Source of the DNA: Eubacteriales bacterium
Lineage (GTDB): Bacteria; Bacillota; Clostridia; Oscillospirales; CAG-272
Direction: 5' to 3'
Assembly: GCA_045594445.1 (NCBI GenBank)
Contig: JAZNYL010000020.1
Coordinates: 1-54,311 of the forward strand
Length of the DNA: 54,311 nt
Positions 1 to 7,391 of this stretch are shown here, piece after piece. The position numbers and the translations under genes were made by a program. The notes below the pieces were generated by a model. The model searched no databases. It was not told the origin of the DNA and saw only the letters and a list, made by a program, of their open reading frames with translations. Every line of letters begins with the position of its first letter. Position 1 is the stretch's first letter.

Positions 1-1
1 A

Positions 2-604
2 AAGGAGTACCGCGAGGCATACAATATGTTCTGCTGTTCGGGCATACTCTTCAACCACGAATCGGAACGAAGAGCAGAGACCTTTGTAACACGCAAGATT
101 ACACTTGCCGCAGCCCGAATAGCACAAGGCAAACAGGAAAAGCTCTATTTGGGCAACCTATCGTCACTGCGCGACTGGGGCTATGCCAAGGACTACGTTG
201 AGTGTATGTGGCTTATGCTTCAGAACGACAAGCCCGAGGACTTCGTGATTGCCACCGGCGAGCAGCATTCGGTACGGGAGTTCTGCTACTATGCATTCAA
301 GCATGTAGGCATTGAACTGGAGTTCAAGGGAGAGGGCGCCGACGAGAAGGGTATCGACAAGTCCACCGGCAAGGTACTCATAGAGGTATCCCCCGATTTC
401 TACCGCCCGACCGATGTAGTGAACCTGTGGGGCGACCCGTCAAAGGCCCGCAAGAAACTCGGATGGAACCCGCAGAAAACCACATTCGAGCAGCTTGTAA
501 AGATTATGGTCGACTCCGATATGGCAAAGGTTGCAATAGAGAAGGCCGGTGACAAGATAAGGATGAACCTTGCCGAGTATCTCGAACGTGGTATCGTAAA
601 ATAA
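2..604 (+). CDS. gmd: GDP-mannose 4,6-dehydratase, 5'-partial (start lies upstream of window)
   Basis: Frame is open from base 2 ([21 protein letters not shown]...). Gmd motifs [48 protein letters not shown]. Confidence 0.95.
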   Translation, partial: KEYREAYNMFCCSGILFNHESERRAETFVTRKITLAAARIAQGKQEKLYLGNLSSLRDWGYAKDYVECMWLMLQNDKPEDFVIATGEQHSVREFCYYAFKHVGIELEFKGEGADEKGIDKSTGKVLIEVSPDFYRPTDVVNLWGDPSKARKKLGWNPQKTTFEQLVKIMVDSDMAKVAIEKAGDKIRMNLAEYLERGIVK

Positions 605-609
605 AGAAT

Positions 610-1188
610 ATGGAAAAGGATTCAAAGATATACGTTGCCGGACATAGAGGCATGGTAGGCTCGGCAATAGTACGTGAATTGCAGAGACAAGGCTATACAA
701 ATATCATAACACGCACGCATAGCCAGCTCGACCTTTGCCGTCAGGAACAGGTAGAGCAATTCTTCGCTACCGAAAAGCCCGAATATGTATTCCTGGCCGC
801 AGCTAAAGTGGGCGGCATCATCGCCAACCACACTGCGCTTGCCGATTTTATGTACGACAATATGATGCTTGAGATGAATGTGATTAATGCAGCATGGCGC
901 AACGGTTGCAAGAAGCTGGAGTTCCTGGGCTCGTCGTGCATCTACCCGCGTATGGCACCACAGCCAATGAAGGAGAGTTGCCTGCTGACATCGGAACTTG
1001 AACCCACCAACGAGGCATACGCGCTTGCGAAGATTTCGGGGTTGAAATATTGCGAGTATCTCAACCGCCAGTATGGCACCGACTACATAAGCGTTATGCC
1101 CACCAACCTCTATGGCCCCAACGACAACTACCACCCCACTCACATAGCTTGTACTACGCCGTGCGCAAACAAATCAACCATATGCTGA
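610..1188 (+). pseudogene. fcl: GDP-L-fucose synthase, 3'-truncated (homology ends at ~1143)
   Basis: [47 protein letters not shown]. The expected continuation (SHVLPAL... and ~130 more aa) is replaced by 14 unrelated codons and a stop. Confidence 0.9.
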
Positions 1189-1451
1189 AGCATGAACCAA
1201 ATACTTCGGTATCAAAGATATGTGGATTGCTGGCTGAAATGAAGTCCTATGCAAAAGCGTATGACGAGATTGTTTTCAAAAAGCCGGGAATTTACAAATA
1301 TTCGGCACCTTGGTTCGATCACATTGAAGAAAATACGCGAGAGTGGCTTGGGAATGAAGGTGAGCCGATGACGCAGGATTTTTATAGATATCTTGAAGAG
1401 GCGCAGTTTGATTATCTTCGCAATCACGAAAAATTTCTTGATTTGAAATAA
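1143..1451 (+). pseudogene. 3' fragment of an unidentified gene (no native start)
   Basis: About 100 protein-like codons ending TAA at 1451, followed by a terminator. The frame upstream of ~1143 is an out-of-frame reading of fcl. Confidence 0.55.
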
Positions 1452-1464
1452 ACCAAATAAGTTG

Positions 1465-1505
1465 AGCAGGAGCCTGTTTGCATGCATTCGGGTTCCTGCT
1501 TTTTT
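1465..1505 (+). terminator. Rho-independent terminator
   Basis: AGCAGGAGCC...GGTTCCTGCT stem followed by a T run. Confidence 0.75.
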
Positions 1506-1511
1506 CAAGAC

Positions 1512-1787
1512 GTGAAAGAGCGTCCGAGTGATGCATCTCACCCACCGCAACCGCGTCAGTCAATCGCTCCAAGTATTCGCGATTTACTTCCGCTGCGGTC
1601 CCCCCTCTCCCGCGGAGAGGGCTTTTTGTGAGCATCCGTCTTACTCGATTTTCCAAAACAAGGCAGCCATGATCAGCCCTCTCCGCGGGAGAGGGGGGAC
1701 CGCAGCGGAGATAATTCGAGGCGACTGAGCCGAGAATAATCGACGCGGTTGCGGTGGGTGAGATTCATCTTGCGGACGCTCTTTCAC
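1512..1787. repeat. Inverted pair of ~112-bp REP-like units (REPIN-like), CCCTCTCC/GGAGAGGG family
   Basis: 1512-1623 is an imperfect reverse complement of 1675-1787 (GTGAAAGAGCGTCCG...TCCGCTGCGGTCCCCCCTCTCCCGCGGAGAGGGCT), with a 51-bp spacer. Confidence 0.9.
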
Positions 1788-1872
1788 CAAAACTGCATAT
1801 GAAAAAGCCACCATATTGATGGCAATTTTCATTCATTGACTGTCTTATATATGAATCGAAAAGAGGGAATTA

Positions 1873-2592
1873 TCAAAACACCATCGCCAGCACCGCAAGG
1901 TGCAGGGGATAGAACGCGTAAAAGCCGTACTTGACCACCGCTGCCCACACCTTGCTCTTGGGCTTGGGGCCTATCTCTCCGTTATAGAACACCATGGGAA
2001 TAAACGCGGCTGCTGCAAAGATGCCGCGTTGATAGACAGGCTGGTCCCACGCGCCTGTGGTCAGTTGATATCGGAATGCAAACAGCATGGCAATCGGGCA
2101 CCACGCCCATTTTGCGTCTGCCGTGACGTATAAAAGCAGCATCAGCGCAATACCCATCCAACCGTAATCCACGCCCGCAAGGTCGGCCACGTAGACCACC
2201 GCAAGGCTTGCCACACACAGCAAAAGGGAATAGCACCACCAAGCTTTTTGCTTCTTTTTCGCAATTCTCTTGCCGAGATCAAGCAGCCACATGGCGCAAA
2301 GGCCTGCCGAGAGCGTAAACAGAATATTCAGGTGATCCCATTTCCACCACGTATCGTCAAAGCAGAAGGTGTAGATCGGCTGCGTGACTACCGCGAATGC
2401 CAAAAGTCGCACAAGGTACTTCCATCTTGAGCGGGTGTGCACAAATCCCTGCACCAGCATAAACGCGTACAAAGGGAAGGATACACGACCGATCATGCGC
2501 CAGATCTCCCAACCGGGGAACTCTCCAACCGCTGCCGTATGGTCGATCAGCATAGTCACCACGGCAATGATTTTGATCCAAAATATACTCAC
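1873..2592 (-). CDS. TraX-family membrane protein (putative acyltransferase)
   Basis: IKIIAVVTMLIDH, IGRVSFPLYAFMLVQGF.HT, NILFTL, DYGW.G, FYAFYPLHL motifs; many TM segments; GGAGGTG RBS. Confidence 0.88.
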   Translation of the reverse strand: MSIFWIKIIAVVTMLIDHTAAVGEFPGWEIWRMIGRVSFPLYAFMLVQGFVHTRSRWKYLVRLLAFAVVTQPIYTFCFDDTWWKWDHLNILFTLSAGLCAMWLLDLGKRIAKKKQKAWWCYSLLLCVASLAVVYVADLAGVDYGWMGIALMLLLYVTADAKWAWCPIAMLFAFRYQLTTGAWDQPVYQRGIFAAAAFIPMVFYNGEIGPKPKSKVWAAVVKYGFYAFYPLHLAVLAMVF

Positions 2593-2667
2593 ACCGTCAC
2601 CTCCGTTCTATCTGTATTCATTATAGCACAAATCCGAAAAAAACTGTTCGTTTTTTGCAAAAAAATA

Positions 2668-2696
2668 TTGCAAACCGGCATTTACTGTAGTATAAT
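2668..2696 (+). promoter_or_regulatory. sigma-A promoter for the XRE-regulator operon
   Basis: TTGCAA-17bp-TATAAT. Confidence 0.6.
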
Positions 2697-2734
2697 AAAA
2701 TAGTAAATAGAAATTACCTTTAAGGAGTGAAAGC

Positions 2735-3628
2735 ATGAACATCGGGGAGAAAATCAAGAATCTTCGGATGTCCAAAATGATCACCCAGCAGGAGCTTGCG
2801 GGGGATTTTATCACGCGCAATATGCTCTCGCGCATTGAGCACGGCGCGGCGCTGCCGTCCTTGCCCACCGTGGTGTATCTTGCCAACCGCTTGGGCGTGC
2901 CTGCGGGTTTTTTGCTGGCAGAGGAGGAGAACGAATTTCTGTATCAGAAAATCCGCCACATGCCCAATATCCGCAGAGCCTATAAAATGGGCGACTTTCG
3001 CATCTGCCGTCATATCTGTGAGTCGGTCTTGTCCGAATCGGATGACGAAATTGCGCTGCTCATGGCGGAATGTGCCCTGGAGATCGCCAAGGAGGAGTTT
3101 TTGACGGGGAACTTGCACAACGCCTGCTATTGGCTGGACGCTGCTCTGCGCGATGCGGATCAGACAACCTACTATACGGGGCACATCACCGCCCCCGCCA
3201 TCGTATATTTTCGCTATATGCGCAGCATTTCGGTCTCGCTGACCTCTTATGAGGCCGAGAACCTTTTGCCCGGAGAGCGCGATTTTTCCGCGTGGCAGGA
3301 AACCTTTTGCCGCTATATTCTGATCATGGAGCAGCTGGAAAACCTTGCTCCCTTGCATCATTTTGACGGTGATTCTCCGCTTGAAAGACATCTGACCCTG
3401 CATATCGAGGCCACTGAGCGCAAAAATGCAGGCGACTTTGCGGGCGCGTATGCGATTCTGCAAAAGATCCTTGCGGACGAGGATGCTCCCGTACCCGTGC
3501 TGCTTTATCGCGTGCTGCACGATATGGAGACCTGCTGCAAGGCGTTGGACGACTATAAGGGTGCTTACGATCATTCGTTGCATAAGCTTTCGGTGCAGGA
3601 AAAACTGCTTGCGGAGAGCACGGTATGA
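2735..3628 (+). CDS. XRE-family HTH regulator with helical (TPR-like) C-terminal domain
   Basis: IGEKIKNLRMSKMITQQELAGDFITRNMLSRIEHGAALPS HTH; AAGGAG RBS. Confidence 0.85.
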   Translation: MNIGEKIKNLRMSKMITQQELAGDFITRNMLSRIEHGAALPSLPTVVYLANRLGVPAGFLLAEEENEFLYQKIRHMPNIRRAYKMGDFRICRHICESVLSESDDEIALLMAECALEIAKEEFLTGNLHNACYWLDAALRDADQTTYYTGHITAPAIVYFRYMRSISVSLTSYEAENLLPGERDFSAWQETFCRYILIMEQLENLAPLHHFDGDSPLERHLTLHIEATERKNAGDFAGAYAILQKILADEDAPVPVLLYRVLHDMETCCKALDDYKGAYDHSLHKLSVQEKLLAESTV

Positions 3629-3954
3629 GAAAAGCTTGTATCGTTTTGCTGCTTGTGCTGCTTACCTTTGCTGCTTGCACCGATCAAAGTGGCATAGAGG
3701 TCGTAAACGGAGAGACGTTGAGCCCCGAGGAGCAGCAATCCTTATATGAGGCTCGCCAAGAGCAGGAAAGTGCACCCGAAATCGTTGTCAAAGGAACGGT
3801 GTACTGGTCAAATGGCGGCACGAAATATCATAAGGACCGGAATTGCAGTTATTTGAAGAATGCGGAGCAAATAAAATCGGGAACGGCTGCCGAGGCGGCC
3901 AATCACGGCGCAAGCGGACCTTGCTCGCGCTGTATTGGAGGAAAGGGCGAATGA
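3625..3954 (+). CDS. Small lipoprotein with C-terminal His/Cys metal-binding motif
   Basis: Lipobox FAAC; VYWSNGGTKYH...C...PCSRC; ATGA overlaps with both neighbours. Confidence 0.75.
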   Translation: MRKACIVLLLVLLTFAACTDQSGIEVVNGETLSPEEQQSLYEARQEQESAPEIVVKGTVYWSNGGTKYHKDRNCSYLKNAEQIKSGTAAEAANHGASGPCSRCIGGKGE

Positions 3955-5144
3955 GCAATCATCAAATCAGAATCAAACCCGCAAGTGCAGCGGATATTGC
4001 GGCCATCATGCGGGTATTTGACCAGGCGCGCGCAGCCATTGCGGCGCTCGGCATTGACCAATGGCAGGACGGATATCCCACCGAGGCGCATATTGGGGAC
4101 GATATCGAAAAGGCTTACGGCTTTGTGCTTTGCGTGGGGGGCTGCGTGCAGGGATACTTTGCCATGATCCCGGACGGAGAGCCTACGTATGACAAGATTT
4201 ACGAGGGGAAATGGATCACCAACGGTGCGTACATGACCGTGCATCGCGTGGCCATGTCGGACGCCATGCGAGGCCGTGGCGGCGCTGCCGAGGCCATGAA
4301 GTATGCCGTCGGACGCGCGTTGCGTGTGGGCATGGAATCCGTTCGCATCGACACGCATCACGGCAACGTCCGTATGCGAAAATTCCTTGAAAAGCAAGGC
4401 TTTTTGCCATGCGGTACCATCTTTCTTGCAAGCGGCGCTACGCGTCTTGCTTACGAGATGGATCTGCGTCCCGTGCTCAAAAAAGCCCCCGTCGTGCTTT
4501 ACGAGGACAGAAATATTCTGATCTGCGAAAAGCCTGTCGGCCAGCCCAGCCAGCCCGATCCCGCACACGCGGACGGCTCGGATCTGCTTTCCTGCATTGC
4601 CGCGTGGAGAGAAGCCTGCGGGTATTCTCCCGAGATCTATCTGGTGCACAGATTGGACACCGCCACGGGCGGCGCGATCCTGTACGCCAAGGATAAACAA
4701 AGCGCCGCAAGGCTTGGCGGTATGGTGGTGGGCAAACAGATCCACAAGCAATATCTGGCTGTGGTGCACGGCGTGCTTGCGCAGACCGAGGGTAGCATGA
4801 CCGATCTTTTGTACCACGACAAGGCCAAGAATAAGGCCTTTGCGGTCAGCTCGGCGCGCAAGGGCGTTAAGGAGGCAAGGCTATCTTATCGCGTGCTTGC
4901 GCAAAAGGACGAGGCCAGCCTGGTCGAGGTCACGCTGGAAACGGGGCGAACGCATCAGATCCGCGCTCAATTCTCACACGCGGGGCATCCGCTGCTTGGC
5001 GACGGCAAATACGGCAGCCGCGAAAAGGGCTGTACCACCGCTTTGTGGGCAACGCGCCTTTGCGTGACACACCCGCAAACCGGCAAAGAGGTTGAGGTGC
5101 AGAGCACACCGACCGGGGGATACCCTTGGAATTTGTTTGATTAG
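3951..5144 (+). CDS. GNAT acetyltransferase fused to RluA-family pseudouridine synthase
   Basis: N-terminal GIDQWQDGYP...VHRVAM...RGRG...RIDTH..N..M..F.EKQGF (GNAT); C-terminal LYEDR...KPVG...VHRLD...GRTHQIR...GHPLLGDGKYG (RluA). Start set at ATG 3951 with GGAGG/AAGGG upstream. Confidence 0.88.
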   Translation: MSNHQIRIKPASAADIAAIMRVFDQARAAIAALGIDQWQDGYPTEAHIGDDIEKAYGFVLCVGGCVQGYFAMIPDGEPTYDKIYEGKWITNGAYMTVHRVAMSDAMRGRGGAAEAMKYAVGRALRVGMESVRIDTHHGNVRMRKFLEKQGFLPCGTIFLASGATRLAYEMDLRPVLKKAPVVLYEDRNILICEKPVGQPSQPDPAHADGSDLLSCIAAWREACGYSPEIYLVHRLDTATGGAILYAKDKQSAARLGGMVVGKQIHKQYLAVVHGVLAQTEGSMTDLLYHDKAKNKAFAVSSARKGVKEARLSYRVLAQKDEASLVEVTLETGRTHQIRAQFSHAGHPLLGDGKYGSREKGCTTALWATRLCVTHPQTGKEVEVQSTPTGGYPWNLFD

Positions 5145-5158
5145 ATCGGAGGTAAGAT

Positions 5159-6481
5159 ATGGCATTTCCGAAGGATTTTTTATGGGGCTGCGCTACAAGC
5201 GCAGGGCAGATTGAGGGCGGCGCACTTGCCGATGGCCGTACCCCCAGCATCTGGGATACTATGGCGCAAAAGCCGGGCAAGATTTTTGGCGGCCACACGC
5301 CCGAGGTGGCTTGCGACAGCTATCACCGCTTTGACCGCGATCTGAAGAATTTGTGCGATCTCGGCGTCAATGCTTACCGTATGTCAATTTCCTGGTCGCG
5401 CGTGATGCCGCAAGGCACGGGGCAAGTCAACCAAGTCGGCATAGACTATTACAGACGCGCCTTTGAGCAGCTGCTCGCGCATGGCATTACGCCAAGCGTG
5501 ACGCTGTACCATTGGGATCTGCCGCAGGTGCTTGAGGAAAAGGGCGGTTGGGTAAATCGCGACTCGATTGAGTGGTTTGGCGAGTATGCCGACAAGATGT
5601 TTGCCGCTTACGGTGACATTGTGCCCATGTGGGCCACCGTCAACGAGCCGATCGCCACCTACGTCGGCTATGCGCTTGGCGGCTTTGCACCGGGGCATAC
5701 CAACGAGGTCTGGGGCAACCAGGCGCGCCACAATATTCTTGTCGCACACGGGAAAGGCGTGCAGGCCTTTCGCGCACACAATCTGACCGATGCCAAGATC
5801 GGTGCTGTCATTGATATTTGGAAGAGACATGCGCTGACCGACTCGCCCGAGGATATTGCGCTGATGATCGATCAGGACGAGCGCAACTGGAAGTTCTATT
5901 GCGATCCGCTTTACGCGGGGCGTTACAGCGACTATATCCTGGAGCACCTGGAGCGCGAGGGCACGCTGATGCAGATCGCGCCCGAGGACTACGCAATGAT
6001 GAGCCAAAAAACAGATTATTTTGGTTTGAACGTATATAATCGCGTTCCCGTGACACATAATCAAAAGGTACAGGCCGATTTCTCACAGGGCGGCAACTTC
6101 CTTAATAACCGCACAGAGTATTACCCCAAGGCCGTTTACGATGCCATCGTGATGCTTAAGGATATGTACGCCTTGGATATTCCGTTCTATATCACCGAAA
6201 ACGGCACGTATTTCGAGGGCGACGAGCCCGTGGGTACAGACGGCATGATTCAAGATAACGACCGCGTTCGCTACGTGCAGGGCTTTTTGGAATACGTGGA
6301 AAAGGCGATCGACGAGGGCTATGACGTGCGCGGCTACTTCCTTTGGAGTCTGATGGACAACTTTGAGTGGAGCGCAGGCTATAACTTCAAGTTCGGCATC
6401 ATGTCCTGTGACCGAGAGGGGAATACCGCTTGGAAGAAGAGCGCGCATTTCTACCGCGATTTTATCAAAAAACATCGTTAA
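5159..6481 (+). CDS. GH1 beta-glucosidase
   Basis: FLWGCATSAGQIEG, TLYHWDLP, catalytic TVNEP and ITENG, WSLMDNFEW. Confidence 0.95.
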   Translation: MAFPKDFLWGCATSAGQIEGGALADGRTPSIWDTMAQKPGKIFGGHTPEVACDSYHRFDRDLKNLCDLGVNAYRMSISWSRVMPQGTGQVNQVGIDYYRRAFEQLLAHGITPSVTLYHWDLPQVLEEKGGWVNRDSIEWFGEYADKMFAAYGDIVPMWATVNEPIATYVGYALGGFAPGHTNEVWGNQARHNILVAHGKGVQAFRAHNLTDAKIGAVIDIWKRHALTDSPEDIALMIDQDERNWKFYCDPLYAGRYSDYILEHLEREGTLMQIAPEDYAMMSQKTDYFGLNVYNRVPVTHNQKVQADFSQGGNFLNNRTEYYPKAVYDAIVMLKDMYALDIPFYITENGTYFEGDEPVGTDGMIQDNDRVRYVQGFLEYVEKAIDEGYDVRGYFLWSLMDNFEWSAGYNFKFGIMSCDREGNTAWKKSAHFYRDFIKKHR

Positions 6482-6572
6482 TAGAAAAAATTTTCAAAAA
6501 ACGAAACTTTTCGCCAATTTTGGCGTCTGTATAAGTGAAGGCATTTTTTCAGCAGCTTCGGAGGTGATTACA

Positions 6573-6851
6573 TTGAAACACAAAATGAGTAAGATTTGGG
6601 GAGCAATTTGTTCGGTTTGGGCAAGCACGGCAAGTATATTGACCGTTCATGCAGCCGAGCAGGGAACCGAGGCAGGGTCATCCTCCGGTCTGATGTCCAC
6701 CATGGACGCGCTGCAAAAGGTGAGCATTGTGATCATTATCATCGCGGCTGTACTGCTGCTGGCATTCTATATTGCCAAAATGGTTCTCAGGAAAATGCAC
6801 GTTCCGCCGGAAGTCAAGCCGGAGGAAAGGATTGATCAGAACAAAGAGTAA
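6573..6851 (+). CDS. Small exported/membrane protein (92 aa)
   Basis: GGAGGTG RBS then TTG at 6573; signal-like N-terminus ending VHA, one TM helix, charged tail. Confidence 0.6.
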   Translation: MKHKMSKIWGAICSVWASTASILTVHAAEQGTEAGSSSGLMSTMDALQKVSIVIIIIAAVLLLAFYIAKMVLRKMHVPPEVKPEERIDQNKE

Positions 6852-6863
6852 AGAAAAGAGAAG

Positions 6864-7020
6864 CAGCCCGGAGGCTGACGAATTAGCGGAGAAATTCGCA
6901 CAAAACAAGGATTGTATCACGTGGATACAATCCTTGTCTGCGCTAACTGAATATTTGTGTTAAAAAACAGGGCTGCCTTGGCAAGGTAGCCCTGTTTCAA
7001 ATCTGATTTCGTGAATTCTA
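6864..7020. repeat. Solo MITE-end-like motif plus two strong hairpins
   Basis: CAGCCCGGAGGCTGACGAATTAGCGGAGAAA resembles the MITE terminus; perfect 14-bp stem 6905-6937; stem 6965-6997. Confidence 0.55.
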
Positions 7021-7367
7021 CAGCCCCATGGAGCTGCGGAATAAGCGGGAAAAGCGCAATACCCCTCGTGTCATCCTGAGCGGAGAAAACATCCCGGGTG
7101 GATGTTTTCGTAGTCGAACTTTCAAAAATCTGCAACAAATTGCTGATTTTTGAAAGTCAAAACGCTTGCAGCGTTTTGAGGATCTACGAGGGGCAACGTC
7201 ATTCGCCCGTAAATCCCGACACTGTGTGTCGCGCTCCGCGTTCGACTCCACTACGTTCCGCTCAGGATGACACGGGCAGGGCTGCGCATCATAATAACCG
7301 AAATCAGAAGCCATCAAAGACTTCTGCTTTTTCGTTATTTTCCGCTAAAATTTCAGCCCCGGGGCTG
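7021..7367 (+). mobile_element. ~345-bp non-autonomous MITE/REP-like element, copy 1
   Basis: Palindromic CAGCCC..GGGCTG-type ends; 18-bp inverted repeat CGTGTCATCCTGAGCGGA (7067-7084 / 7257-7274); homologous to 25476-25815 and, inverted, to 41215-41564. Confidence 0.85.
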
Positions 7368-7391
7368 CTCTTTTATTTTTGTCCTTTGCTT

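Noticed and set aside
1873-2592. TraX as evidence of a conjugative element
   Set aside because: TraX-family genes are common chromosomal orphans in Bacillota; no relaxase, T4SS or integrase is nearby.
7018-7317. Similar ORFs at 7018-7317, 7098-7703, 25638-26093, 40282-41487 and 41271-41663
   Set aside because: They are translations of the repeated palindromic element, with no consistent start, RBS or stop between copies.
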